Source: Phoronis australis (Eukaryota; Animalia; Phoronida). From it: DNA of 64,000 bases. The DNA lies in NCBI GenBank assembly GCA_002633005.1, contig NMRA01000177.1:573942-637941 (forward strand), read 5' to 3'. Of this stretch, positions 14,101-29,100 are shown piece after piece. The translations under genes and the position numbers were made by a program. Within the stretch, counting starts at the first letter, position 1. Each line of letters begins with the position of its first letter. The notes below the pieces were generated by a model that did not search any database, was not told the DNA's origin, and worked only from the letters and a program-made list of their open reading frames with translations.

Positions 14101-17100
14101 TATTACACTTTTTATATTTGTGCAATCAGTTCGTAACAAATTTGTTGTATTTAAAATAGTTTTCAATTGCCCAAAAGACCAATCCGTTTTTCGTATTGGC
14201 AATAATGACGCGATTGCTTTGGAAATCGTCTTAAGTTAAGGTGTGACAAAGAGAGAATTATGAGTTTCTGAGTGATTCACGAAGGCTTCGATTAAAAGTG
14301 ACATCTTACCAGCAGCTTCTGTTTTTTCATCGTCACTTAGATTCCATTTTCTTTAAAAAATGAAGTAATTTTCTTCATTTCACAGTGAAGCAGACGACGG
14401 AAACGGAGTCGTAGTGCGCAGCGCCACTGCCGGTCGCCTGGGATAAAGCGGGAGAGCCTATACTTAGCCATAGTTTCGATCCGAATTTGACACTTGAAAT
14501 TGGATCTGAGCCCCCCCAACACATTAAAACTGCACACATTTAAATCTTGTTTCCGCCGTATAATGTTAATTACCGACCGGGTTTAAGTAATAAACTCAAC
14601 ATTTCCTTACGCTCTTGCTTTTTTATTTTTTGCGGCAGCCNNNNNNNNNNNCTGCCCCCCCCCCTAAATCCGCCTATGCTGTATCTTTACCAAACCTCGA
14701 TCCCACTGAGTGAACAAGGACGTGCTTTGAAAATGCGGAGATTTCCGTATCCGAGTAGATAAGAGCAGTAGCTAAATTTCTAGACTTTAATTACTCAAAA
14801 CAACTTCCTGGAGCCACTGAATATCTTTTGTGGTGACCACTTCATTTTTTGGGTGAACAACAAATTAGGCCTCAAACGTGCTCTTTGACGGGACATTCTG
14901 GATAGCTTCGTCCGTGTTTCGGGCGCAAGAATAAGGACGTTGCGGCTAGTGCGCAAGACCACAGATGTCTTGCAGTCAAAATATACAAAGATGGCGGTCC
15001 TAAGTTGTACCTTGGTCTATGATTCTACGAAATTAATCCACGACGCTTCAGGGTCTAATGCTCACAGCCCCAAGACAGTTTTGAAACCGCCACCTCCGGC
15101 AGCGACCGCGCAATCGCCGTCCGCGTTTTGTCGGTGGGGCTAATGGCCATTGTGACAAATAGTGGAACATTTTAAACATATTTAGCTAACAGGGTCACCA
15201 GCCTAGAATGACTGGAAGCCAACGTCGGGAATTGGAGATTTTAATTAAATTACAAAACTCAGCGGATATCGCTGTTGAGATTTAGGTCATAACCTCAAGA
15301 AGTCTATGCCTCCTTAACCCCTCGCCTGAATCAGTTTTCTTCCCTAGACTTGGATCCGCTTTATTTGTATTAATGGGATTTAACATCTCAAGTCTCGAGA
15401 AGCTTGAATATTCTAATTTCCAAGTGACAACCTTTCAAAAATCTTGTCGACATATAGACAAGTACTCATTGGAATATTTTGCGTCAAGTCTGTCCGTCTC
15501 CTCGTGTCAGCTTCCTCCTCATAAACATCCAGCTGGGTCATTAGCCATGTAAAATAAGCTGTATTAATAAATTCCACAATGTGTTTAAACTGCTCCTAGT
15601 TATCAAATGCAGGTTGCTTTTATTTCAGCGAAACCTATGTGTGGATTGGGTTCTCCGATCGAAACGTAGAGGGCACCTGGAGATGGTCTGACAATTCTTC
15701 CGTCGTAAACTATACCAACTGGTACGACACTCAGCAACAACCCAACGGGAAACGAAGTAATTAACAAATTATTGAATGGTACCATTGTCCTAATTTCCCA
15801 ATTTATGCCTCAGTATGATGGAGTTGTCAATGGTGGTAAAATGCACAGAGTAAGCAAATCGAAATTTCGAAGATGTCCTAACCGCGAACAACCGACGTCT
15901 GATTGTTGTAATATGTCAATCGTATATGACAACTAGACCGCGGCAATGCCGCTATAAGGTAAGGTTATATAGAACCCTAGAGAAACATCCGATTTTGGCC
16001 AAATTTGGAACATCGTATCTCTGGAATAGCCGATCGGATTCATATGAAACTTTCAGATTATATGCTTTATAAACAGTTCTCCAAAACGCTGTTAGGGAAT
16101 GTTTTTTAAATTGTTCCAGTTTTGCATAGGGAGCTATCAAAAACTAGGACTTCAATGATGTTTATGATTTTTTTAAAGTTGCATAAAACCAAACCGAAAT
16201 TACAATTAAGAAAACTGTAAAAGCGTTTTTGAGAATTTATCTCGCTCATTTATATCACATGATTTTTTCATGTTATAGATCCTGTTGTTTTGCTGTGAAT
16301 GTACCTTTCTTTTTTGCTAAATTTTCCTAAAAACACAAGGACGCGTAACCTAGTCAGCGGCAGATTGGTATAAAATCAAAAATCAAATTCCACAGAATTT
16401 AATTTATGCTTTCAGAAAATATATACTTTTGCCGAGTTGAATTCTAAAGTTTTGGAGACATTTGGCTACTTATGTACAGACTTGTCGGCAAGGTCGTTTA
16501 TAACCTTGAAGTGTGAGAACAAGTACCGCGAAGAAAGAGTGGATGAAGAAACCATTAACTTTGTTTGCTTTATTTGTTTGGCCTTCATCGCAGGGCAAAT
16601 CCTTCATTCGAGAACTCCACACAGAAATAAGAACGCGCACCATGTAAAAGTTCGAGCCCCAATCGGGACAGAGACCTTTTCAAACTTTGCTACAGGTCAC
16701 GTGATGTGACGAACGTGTGGTGTGCCATACGACCAATGATTCTTACTTACACCATATCAACGCGCTGATTTAAAACAGTACAATTATATATACTGTGTAA
16801 CGATAGAAATGATTTCGTTGTGAAAGATGTATAAGTGTATGTTATGTTTACTTTTGGCTGTGTTATAACGTATCACAATCATATGAGACACTAATATCAA
16901 ACGACCATGATTTTTGTCATTGTAATATTTCTATATCACTAGATGAGAATTGCGCCGTCATAGCGTCAACTTTCAACAAGTGGTTCGACCGACCGTGTGG
17001 TGATCAACATATTTTCATCTGTGAAACCAAGACAACGCCGGTGTCGCAGCCTTTCGGTAATTTACGCTAGCGAAATGGCCTATAATTTGAGAGTTGATGC

Positions 17101-20100
17101 ATGTCCAGATTTCCAGTTAAGTTTTCATCTTGAAATTGAATGTTGAAACTTGAAATATTCAACAAAATTTGAAAATTCAATGTTCAATCCAAATTGAAAA
17201 ATGGAATGAATTGAATTATGAAATTTAAATAATGACCAATGCTTCAGTTTGCAATCTAAATAGAAACTAGAATACTGAAACATTCAGTCAGTGTTCCATT
17301 TCATTGGTGTTTATATTTGAGTGTGTATGTATGTATGTCTGTCTGTATGTATGTATGTATTATGTGTGTATGTATGTCTGCATGTATGTATGTATGATCT
17401 GTATGTATGTATGTCTGTATGTATGTATGTATGTATGTGTGTCTGTCTGTATGTATGCATGAATACATGTATGTATGTATGTATGTATGTATGTATGTAT
17501 TCATATGTAACATGTTTTACTTTCATTAATTATTTACAGTCTGTTTTATTAAATATCTATATATTATTTAATCATGTTGTCTTACTTTTAGTGTCTTCCA
17601 TTTATTACTTTTTATTATTTATTTTGTTTCATCAGTCTTTCCATGTCAATTTTTATTATTCATTGATTAATTCAATCTTGTCTTTCATTTTGTAATCCTA
17701 ATAGGTTGTCTTGCTGTCTTTCTATGGAAAGCAGTGCCAACTGATGGGGCTACCCTCATTGTAAATATAACATTGAAAAATAAACAAATAGTGTTCGGAT
17801 CCAGACACTGCCAAACCGACTATCAGAATGTATCTAACAACTATAGACGTTTAAAAGTGATATATATTTATTGAAGAATACACAGAGCATACAAAGAAAT
17901 AATTACAAACCAGAAATCGCATTATATCTGGGTTATAAACAATTCATAAATGAAACTAATATACATAGAGGTATATACATTTAAGTAGTATCTCAATATA
18001 AGTATTCCAATACTCAGATGTGCTACTACAAATATATAAAAACAAAAATATGTACAGATTCATGTATGGAAATCAGACAACCATAGACGTTGCTACGCAC
18101 AATAATCGCGGGAAGCTACAAATCGATGAGACAAAAGGTCCGCCCACGCAAACGCTGGCCACAAACAAATACTATGAGACCGAATGTGTGATGCCGGGTA
18201 ACTTTGTTTTGCCATCCGTACGGACGGATTTGATGTCCCTTTATTGGCTGCAAATGCCAACAACGACTCTTTACAAAATGAACTTAGAGGACGCATCAAG
18301 CAATCTAAACGCAGGAGTAACTTTGCAAAAATAACTTCCAGAAATAAATGAAGATACCATAAGTGACCCAATCAAACAAAATCTGGTAGCAAATATTGCA
18401 AATTGTCTAAAGGTACTGCGCGCACCCAGCCCAAAATATAGGGGAGCTCGAATTTTTGACAATATGCACCTTTTACTAACAAAAAACGGGGACCTAAAAA
18501 AAACGGGGTACCACGTTCAGTGCTATGAATTATGCATTCGCACGTTTGTAGTGAATTTTGTCTCGTTATCTCGGACTTTTTATTTCTCTGAGTCAGACCT
18601 TTTTGCCCCCTTCGCCAAATGGGTACCACTCTATATTTTTTACTGGATTTGAGTCTTTCAACCGTCTTTTCCTCAGGGTGTGCAGAGCCTGGAAATGTAA
18701 GGAATAGGCTGGGAGAAAGACTTCGCAAAGTTTGCACTTAGTCCAATACTATCAACTTATTCCACAGTGAATTTTTCATGTTTTAGTCTATCCAGAAAGC
18801 GCGGTACTCAGAAACGATCAAAATACACAAAATCATCGTTTTTACCTCAAAACCACCATTTGCATGCGATTACAATGAACCGACAGGCAGTCAGTCCATT
18901 CAACCAGAAATGCTTTATTTGACCAAAACGAAGAAGCGTTCCGTAGACCAAGTTCTTTGAGAGAAAAGCAAGGCCTTGCAAGACCTCATGAAATCACGAG
19001 AGTGAAATGCAAGTGTTTCACGATTTTGCTTGGGAATTTCCCAGACCATCCTCGCAAAATGGCGGACACAAAAGAGAATGGTCGGAGAGGTTGAATTGTG
19101 GGATTAAATTCTGTTTCCGCTCCATAAAATTCTTGACCGCAAGCGCAAGCTAATGTACTGCCAAGGCCTCCCTCATTAATTTGTCACAATGGGCATGCGT
19201 AGGAGAAATTGTAGTTCCGTGACCAATGGATAATCTTAGATGAAACTCAAATATAGAACGAATCTTTTTCATTCTATCAAGATGGTCTGGGTTCATTTCA
19301 TTTATCTGAGTACAGCAGAACGCGAGAGTTACATTACAAGAACGAGGCAAAGAAGTCCCCGTTTTTATTTTTGTCTAATTTATCAAGAGGTTCCGAGGGT
19401 AAGATGCCAGGACTACTTTACAAAAAACAACAGACATTTTTGTGGTTAAAAGGGCAGCAATTCTGTAGCATTAAAAAGCCATTGTGGGATCAAAGACTTC
19501 ACAAGTATACGCATTCCATATAGAGAATCTATTAGTGTTTTTTGTGTTTAGAGGACTGCAGCTTCGAAAAAGATTTATGTGGCTACAGCACTGGTGAAGC
19601 AGGAACCGACTTTTCTTGGTCACGTGAAAGCGGCCCCACATCAAGTGCGAGTACAGGACCAGCGCAGGCCGCAGATGGTATGTTAGGTGTCTCTAGTGTT
19701 ACCACTCTCTGCACTGCGACGGCTATCACTACCTCTTTCCTTTTACCACTTAAACAATACAGGGGTAACATAGAATCATACGCACCAGCTTCCCATCTTA
19801 AACATGAACCACCCACGAACCCTGCATACGAACCCAGAAATCACACGTACGAACAAAAATCCTGCTCACGAACCACAAAAATCATCTCGAACACAAACTC
19901 ACTCAGACGAGCATCGAATCACACGAACTAACTTTATCCTTTGGTGGTTAGTGCGTATGATTCGGATCCTCGTGCGTATGATTGTGTTCGGCTTGTGTGA
20001 TTTTTGTGGTTCGTGCGCATGGTTTTTGTTCGTATGCATGATTTTTGAGTTCTTATGCATGAGTCATGGGTTGAAATGCATGATTCATAGGTTCATAGGT

Positions 20101-23100
20101 GGTTCGTGCGTATGATTCGGATGCGGGTGCGTATGATTCGGATGCTCGTGCGTATCATTCCACCCCTGCAATAGCACCTATGTTTGCTGTGCGCACTTGC
20201 TCACTAGTGACTATTTCCTTCAAACTTTCAACTAATTTGGTTCGTTGATAGATTTTCGGCAGGCGAGCACCAAGTCGTTAATCCCACATGACAGTTGTGT
20301 AGATTTCTACATGTATGCGTGGTGTAGGCATACTGCTGCTGAAAAGATTATTGTGCCCCGCGTCTGGAATGGGTTGACTAATGAGCTATACTAGGTATAG
20401 CTCATTGGGTTGACAATGCACAGTTCAGACATGTCAATCAAGCTAATAGTTCCAGCCAATCAAGGCGCGGGAATGCGCAAACACGATGATTGTCCGCCAT
20501 CTTTGTCCCATAAACACTGGCTGCGAACATAAGCTTAAAGATGGCTTTAGGAGGGGTTGAGACATTTGCAGTGCACATCAACGATATACACGGAGAACGA
20601 ACAAGGAAAAGTGCCTGCCGCTGATAAAATAATTCAGACATCATTATCAGCTGGATAAAAATTCGTAACATTTCACCATAGATTATAGACAACAGATTCG
20701 CAACTCCGACATTTTCTTGCGTACTATCCCAGAACAGGCGCCACTCTCCTAAACAACCAATTTCAGTTTCCGGTTAGTGTATTGTAACGGGAAATTCTCG
20801 CATCAACTTTACTGTCCAGTGCAGCGAAAAAAATAATTTCGGCATTGAAACGCTTTTCCAAGTCTTCCAATGATGGAGCTTTTGGTATTGTGAGTATTTT
20901 TGGAAATGCTACGGTAAAAGTTGCTAATTTTGCAAGGAATCGATAGTGATTAATGACGCCAGGGCTTCTGCGTAAGATCACAGATTGAAAATATACGGAA
21001 TTGGCTGCAGTGTGTGGTTTCACCATAGATTTTTTGACAACAAATTCGTAACCCCGACATTTTCTTCCGTACAATCCTAGAGTCGGCGCCACTCTCCTAA
21101 ATTATCTGGTCATTTCCCGGTTACTGTATAGTGACGGGAAATTCACGCATCTATTTTACTGTCTGGTGCAATGAAAACCAAATAATGATTCCGGCATTTA
21201 AACGCTGTTTAAAATCTTAAAATAGTAGAACTGTTGACATCCTGAGTACGTTTAGTAATGTTACTACCACCCGATCTCACAACAGCCGACCAAAATTAGC
21301 AGACGACGTACTTGCCGGAAATAACAATGGCCTCAATTAAGTTTGTGCTGGAAGTAGATTCTCCTATCATCATTTCTGCCATGAAGTTGCTTACCGAAGC
21401 ACCTTATCTTGTCACCTAAATAACAGTGCAATACAACTGCTGATACCAACAGTATCGAAGAGACGTGAACCAGTTCCGGTCTTGACAAGGTGTGCACTGT
21501 ACTCGTTAAAACCAGTGCAGCGCGGCAATCGTCGCTGTACAGTGCACGCATGAATCCGGAAGTCACTGATAGAGAAAGCTTGACATAGTAATACATACAC
21601 AAAACGCACCGATAGTGGCGCAGATGAAGTAATATCCCACGAGACATTATTCCGAAGGTTGAGGTCGATACGCAGAGTAATGTCGAGTGGGATATTACTT
21701 CGTGTACGTCAATCGAGGTAAGTTTTGTATTTATCCCATACGCTTTGAATTTGTAAGTTTCTTTTATTTTTACTTCAGATTCTTTAAATTCTTTACCCAG
21801 ACTGTTCACGTGGCATATCACATCCTATATGTATGTGCTAGCGCGTTAGGTTGCAAGTTTTCTCTAGTAAAAGAAACCGTTTTAAATGAAACGATATATT
21901 ACTTGAAAAAGATAACAAAGATGAAAACAATGGTAACTGTGCATTGAACTTCTAAAATCTCCTGAAAATTCTTAAATAACAACATTTAATATTGTAGTTA
22001 CCGAGTTATCGGCGGCCGAGTTGCAGACGATATAATATTTAGCAATTGAAAACTGAGACAGAACTGTCAGTCCCGTTACAGATGTTACGATTGGGACCTA
22101 ATTAAATGTTGAGGGTTATTTACACCGCTGCAATTGTAATACTTTAGACTATTTTCGGAAAGTTTGATGATCGAACCGGGTAACGACGCCGAGTCGACAT
22201 TGACCTACCTTTTGAACTTTCCATGTAAGAGGTCACTGTTGAAGTGGTGCGAGAGGTGAATACAGACAACATTTGCATGGCATTATTGTACTCAACAGAT
22301 TGAACGCGTATGGGATAAAATGACAGATTTCATGGCTGCACAGTGTGTTATCTTGAGAATGCGTACACTGCACTAGGCCAAACGAATAGCTTCAAATCGT
22401 TGCTGTGCAACACACGCACGAATCAGGAAGGCACAGATAGCACACGCTGGGGGAATCTTAAACATCTGTTTGATGGTACCCGCGGAAGAATCTAGACTAT
22501 AATCTACAGCGAACACCACTCTATAAATATTTGCAGGGACGACATTCGCCGGATTCTCATATGCATTGTTATAGCGACGATTACAAGACACGCTGAAAAG
22601 AACACGCTCCCATTCCGTTTGTCAATGGACTGAGGCTCAAAGCCTTCATTTGGTATCACGGCTGCTTCAGTTCGTTTGCTTTCACAAGGACCATTTTTTA
22701 TAATACGGCTCAATATGGTTTCAGTGAAATGTTATCAAAAACACGCAGAAGATCGATTGCTGTGGTACGCTTGCAAAGGATTTCCGTCATGGTCGCTTTA
22801 GTTTTGTAGGACAGTCGCAAAATAGGCCGAGTTGCGTTAAAGGAGAATGCAACCCAAAAAACAACCTACTTTGTATCAATTTTGATCGAGTAGTTGCACT
22901 CGAAAATAGCAAGTTCAGTTGTTTTAGCTGACACCTAACGGCAAACGGAGGTGTTGAAATTAACCAATGACGTAATCGGTTCAAACGCAGTTTGTTCAGT
23001 CGTTCACAACACGCTTACTGGTGTCAACTTATCGCTTGAATTCATCGTTTTACACCAACAAATCATCAAAATTCGATGTAAACCCCTTACAAATATATCG

Positions 23101-26100
23101 AGTTCTTGAACAAACGTGTTGTTCTATTTCACTGTTACGGATTTACAGGTATTTGAACGTACCGTAGCCTACAGATTTCGGTAGACCAATTTACCATGAT
23201 CGATCGCAGGAGTTTGTGTCTGTTTGGCGATAAATTCGAATCATTCTTCCGTGAAATACAGACGGAGGAACATAGCTGTGTGTTGTACTTTTAGACTTGG
23301 AATATTTTCAGTTCTAAACACAAAACGCTTGTTACTCCCAGCCAGTGGCTCGGAACCCGATCAGGCCCGTTGCGGCCGCCGGGACTGAACATCACGAACA
23401 TAAACCAGCTTAAGTTGGAAACTAAACCTCCAGTCACGAAAAGATTATAATATTGAGCCAAAGAAATAATGTGCACGTAATTATTTAGATGAATAACTGA
23501 AAATCTACTTACTTATCGGGGCTGCGAAGAAGTTAGGTTCTTCTTCCACAGAACCGCCTGGGCAAAGGTTGCACAGTAACAATGATTTGAATAATGTATT
23601 TGCATATCTAAATAAAGATTCCCCTAACATGCGACCATAGCACATGAAATCGAGTTATTGTTTCACAACAGCTTTCTGTCAGCAAACACTGAATTAGCAT
23701 GCGCTCAAACGGCCTCGGTGCCCGGTCAATTACCTTTATTGCATCTAAAGCCGACCGGGTAACGCAGTGGTTTATTCATTGCTGGCCTCCCAAAACAGTT
23801 GCACTCATGAATACTCCAAAGGCATTACAATTTATATATAATGAGCCAGACTTTGTTTCAGTTTTACATAAGCATTGGTTAGGATGAGAATAATTCATTT
23901 TGAAACATGAACGCAGAATAATAAACGTCTACATGGCAACTCGCCCGGTTCCAATCCCGACTTAGTCGAGAGCTCATCCGACGAAGACTTCACGGGTCAG
24001 ATAGTTAGGCTTCACAGGCTATCAGTTCGAACCGGAATACACTGACCAAGAAATACTAGAGAGGCTCCGGGAACATGCACAGGCAACGGAACGTATGGAT
24101 AGATCTTTGTTAAGCCGGAATTCATCAGAGAAATCACTGTCAACGAAATGCCGGCCACTGACACGGAGATGTTTCACGGCCTCATACTTGCTATTAACAG
24201 CGTACTTTTCATTCTTCAATACCGCGAGCCACTTCCTAAACATTTCAGGCTCTCGAGGAAGTCGAAAAAACGATATACCCGCTTTCTTCGCAACTCCATA
24301 GCAGTTCGGACAAGAGGGAACGATGCACCGCAATATAGCAGCATTCACTCTGCAGATGAACCACTGACGTCGCTGCGTCTTTTCTCACCTTCCTCACAGG
24401 TTAACGAGACACCTCTCGGCAAGGGGAGGTCGACCGTATAGACCTAATTCACGCCGACAGGAGGCACGTTCCAAAACGAGGCTTGCTACGGTAGCTCTGT
24501 TGGCTTCGGCATATAGTCGGTGGGCCAGATTTTGTAGGGCCTCTATAAAATGGTTTTTGTGAGTACTTTAGGGGGGNNNNNNNNNNNNNNNNNNNNNNNN
24601 NNNNNNNNNNNNNNNNNNNNNNNNNNNNNNNNNNNNNNNNNNNNNNNNNNNNNNNNNNNNNNNNNNNNNNNNNNNNNNNNNNNNNNNNNNNNNNNNNNNN
24701 NNNNNNNNNNNNNNNNNNNNNNNNNNNNNNNNNNNNNNNNNNNNNNNNNNNNNNNNNNNNNNNNNNNNNNNNNNNNNNNNNNNNNNNNNNNNNNNNNNNN
24801 NNNNNNNNNNNNNNNNNNNNNNNNNNNNNNNNNNNNNNNNNNNNNNNNNNNNNNNNNNNNNNNNNNNNNNNNNNNNNNNNNNNNNNNNNNNNNNNNNNNN
24901 NNNNNNNNNNNNNNNNNNNTTCTAGTCTACAGCACTCAGCAGTATACTGTGTAGGCTACCAGGACATGCAGCTGTTTTCTGCACAAACGTTTGTGACACC
25001 TCTTCTTCTTTTTGATCTACTGATCTACAGAGTTCCACAGTCAATCAGCTTTCGTCAGGAAGCTTTCCTAAACTTCTTTAGGCTCTGACATCACAATTTT
25101 GTGCTGTTTGATAAACCTTGAATTATACAGGCATCACATTCCATGGGAGCAGCCATATTGAAGTAACTAAGCACAACAATACAATCTGGCTCTCAGATTG
25201 GTCAATTCACTAGAAAAGCGCCATCAAGTGGCAGGAATGTGCATCATATTTTGTGCAACAAAAACACCTTTTTTAGAAAAATGTGCAAGTGTAGACGTGG
25301 GAACTTTTTGGAATTTGATTTATAGGTATATTATCTAGCCACATAGAAAAAACTAGGTTGCCCCCCCAAAGTACTCACAAGGATGAACGCTATGAGATCT
25401 GGCCCACCGACTAATAGTTGTGTTCCTCATTGCTCGAACGGCTAGAAAAAATACGCACATTCACCTGTCTGTTATACAGTTCCTAAGTACGTTGAGATGC
25501 GGAAGCGTTGGGTTGTTGCCATACGCCGCGACGAAGGAAAATATGTCCGGTTAAACTTTATAAATGTTTTCGAAGTTAGATCATATTTTGGCACATCTCG
25601 GTTGCCGCCAGCGCATCATACGAACGACCGCGGAATCTTCGGTCAGCCAGGCTGTTTTCACGACTACTGCTTGAAACATACTGCATTTTTCTTTCCAAAA
25701 AGGACAGGGCCCTCAATCCCTCGATTTTGGGACCGAATATCGTCCCTATTCCCCTGTCAAAGATACTGAAAAATCACGCGAAATTCCCTCCATGAGGCCT
25801 AAAAATTCCTCTCCGAAGTAACCTGTAACCACACAGGTGACAATTTGAAAGAGCACAGTTAAAATGCTACTTAACACAGAGCCCACGAGAGCTTGTAACA
25901 GGGCGGGGGTGCTATTGATCTGGTGATCGGGAGGTAGATTTTTCTCCTCACTCGGCGAAAAAAATCGCCTCTCAGAGGGCGCAGGCACCTTTCCCCGATC
26001 GGATGAACGAAGCCTCTAAAGAAACACGATAACTATGCTTGCTCCGTCCAGTTAACTGAAACTGAGATCTAAAACGAGGTTATGCTTTGGACGAACGAAT

Positions 26101-29100
26101 TAGGTGTTTTAATTTTAGAATTCTACTTGTTCCAGATTGATATATGAAACATAGCACCTGAAATAGACTGGGGAACGTAAGAATTATTAAAACCAAAAAA
26201 GCAGAGCTGATGGTCTGATAATTTTTATTTTCAGTTACGAGCCTGGTTTTTTATTTGAATAAAAATATATTTAAGAACATCAATTATTCTTTCAGATCAA
26301 GGGCAAATCAACTATTAGTCCCGATAGTTTCTACCTCACCAAGACCTAGGCTATGCTTGATGTTCTTGATCAACAACTTAAATCATGTGACTAATTGCAC
26401 ATGACAGCAAAATGCGATGAGCCACCACTGTCGAATATATCTTCAACTCGTCAACAATACGAACAGATGACCTGGTTCGTTTAGAAAGTATTATCAACAA
26501 TTTATTAGAAGAAATGTAAACCTGCATTAACCATAATACCGAATCCGTAACACTACGATCGCCGCAATTTGGTCATATTTACTTTTTATATTTCGAACCT
26601 AATTTTCAGAAAAAAAATTATACCCTTTCGTCAGGCAACTCTTTGGTGCATTGACTTGTTCTCTAATGTATTTTTCTACGTCTCTGTGGTTAATTATCGA
26701 CACAATTTTAAGATTAAATATCCAGGTTGGACTCGAAAGACTGGTCATTTAACTCACGCAATGTCAACTTCCGCTTTGTTTATCGCAGTGAGCTTCGCTT
26801 TGGATTTTAATGTCCGCCGCGTGAGTTAGGTCTATAAGAGGCGATGTGGATATAGACTGATTAAGACGGTAAAAAAGACTAATTAAATTCCCCTTTAATT
26901 GTGCTTAAGGTGATTGATACTATCCAAATTAAATCAAAACCGGGGCCGGATCCAGGATTTTGAGTTAGGGAGGCCAGGGCAGCATATTAGCCAGGATTTT
27001 GCCCGACAGACATTCGCACCTCTGAACTGCCTAATGGAATCTGGGAGAATTTTAGGGGGGGGGGCATGGCCCTCTTGGACCCCATCTAAATCCGCCACTG
27101 AAAACGGCAGTGGTTATGTATTTATTTACAACAGGCTTTTCGGAAATAGTCAGGGAAGTTCTCGTATATTAGTGACTGAGTGTTATAGAACTATGGTTTG
27201 GAACACCCCAGAAGCATGGGTGACAGTGAACAGTTAGGCTGCAGTCGCAGTGGCGGTGAATTTGCTGTCCCAAATATTAAAATCTAGGGGCATGTCAGAC
27301 TCGAGGGCATGTTTGAAGTAGACGTTGCATGTAGGTTCAGTGAATGTTGTTTGATTGTATTTATGAACATGTTGGGACTGAGAAAAGACCACTTGCTCGA
27401 CTGTAGCTGCACTGTTCTTAAAGATGGCGGCCCCCAGTTGCATTATGCATTGCTGGGTAGCTACTGAGAAATCGGTTGCGATTCCAGGTAACCCTCAAAG
27501 AAGTCAGAATTCAGTACAAAAATTAGTTGATTGACAGTATTTTGAGCCACATTTTTGGAATGTGTAGGAAATTTGCTTTCATAATCTAGGCTTATGTCAC
27601 GCTTTGGCAGGGAGGTGGTGGATTTTTTACCTCTTTTTCTTATCCTAACTTGCTTTTCAATAGGAGTGGAAGGGCCAAAAATACAAGAGAGAAAGTTTCT
27701 GTGGTCATCTGCAGGGGTTGTGATGTGAAAAGACTCAAGGCTTTTCATTCTTTGTATGCAGTCTTCGACAGAGTGAAGAAAGAGTGACGAGTTCATTGAC
27801 GTGTCGGTTCTGACAGGCAAAACCCAGTGAGAACTGTTCTGGGCCCCCTTATTCACATATTTTGTAATTTCCAGAACGTGTATGAACGGACAAACTAGTT
27901 CTAGCCACATGTAAAAGACTATAAATAGGGCCTACTCAATTCCGAGTTAAAGTTGAGTGAGTTATTAAATCAGTAAGGTGTGCTAGAGAAGGCACCATAA
28001 GTTTTCGCATACACGGTAGCATTAGCTGAAGTTGGATTGGACAATACGGTGTTTTCTTTTGTTTCAGGAGCATACTACGTGTACATCGAAACTTCAAGCC
28101 CACGTGTTCATGGCGACGTAGCACGTCTCACGTCACCACTTTACGATCCCAAATACTGTGATACAGCAGTGAGTATAAAAACATGTAATGATTCAGCAAT
28201 TGCCCGCAAATCGAAAATATTATATGCAAGTAGATGATAATGAAAATAATATTGGATATAGAAAGATAATTATAACCATAGAAATGTAGCCCTAGAATGC
28301 CAACTTCGCTCTCGCGATGCTGAAGTTGCGCTGCGCATGCGTGGAATTTGCTTGGATTCGTTTGTTCCATTGTGGGTCCTACTTATGGAATTAACTGTCA
28401 ACGAAACATCTCGCAACTCCGCCGTTTTTCAACAGAATTGCATAAGATCCATATCATTAGAAAGCCCTTTGTCAATTCTCAATTATTATACCAGAACCAA
28501 AAAATAAATAGTTTAATTTATATGTAATTATCATTTCGCATTATTTTCTAATTCTTAAAACCAAGAGCGTTATCAAAATGCAATAAATAACAAGGTATAA
28601 TAACATAAAAATGAAATGAACCAGAGAGGTTATATACACGACTAGTTCACCTGTAGGAAAATAATTTCAACTATTCAAAAAAATTTTACTCTATAAAAAT
28701 TTTAGAATATGGATCCCTCATAGTTGCTGTGCATAATTTAGTCAGGCGTGCATCCAAAATTATAATCTTTACATATTTTAATGGGACTTTTGGCGCCGTT
28801 TGATCCAATTATATTCTTCATTTAAAATTCAGGATGTAGTGTCATTTACAAAAACAGTGATAATCTAATTACTTGACGGAATGGTAGCTGGTGTTTAAGG
28901 GTCTTGCTTCCCTTTCGTGCGAACTAGGCAAAGAGAGCAGCAGACAACCTGCTAAAGCAACTATTTGCCGTAAGCTAAAACGCAAAAAACAAAAATGAAG
29001 TGCAGCAGATAAAAATTTCCCATCAGTGCCAGTTAAAACCGTCAAATTCTTCGAAAATATACTGAAACAGATTTCTATGACTTGCAGATAAACTTCTTTT

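Larger units (their letters stand above)
24440..26833 (+). mobile_element. ISL2EU/Harbinger-like deletion derivative with THAP relic
   Basis: TIR AGACCTAA(T/C)TCACGC, 2-bp TSD AT, decayed THAP (SCVPHCSN...RKRWVVAIRRDEG). Confidence 0.72.

Noticed and set aside
17301-17695. ORFs rich in HTYI/MYVC
   Set aside because: Translations of the (TATG)n microsatellite
19032-19041. Perfect NF-kB site GGGAATTTCC in intron 6
   Set aside because: A single 10-mer matching a degenerate consensus in 64 kb is not significant without conservation or binding data
19770-20160. Short spaced repeats resembling a CRISPR array
   Set aside because: Eukaryotic intron; repeats are degenerate, switch orientation midway, and sit inside a TIR/TSD-bounded MITE
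22373-22713. ORFs duplicated at 38686-39188
   Set aside because: Inside a dispersed repeat, no domain motifs, frames not conserved between copies
24550-24954. 134-aa ORF
   Set aside because: Almost entirely assembly gap
27461-27910. 149-aa ORF
   Set aside because: Lies in the dispersed repeat; the second copy breaks the frame
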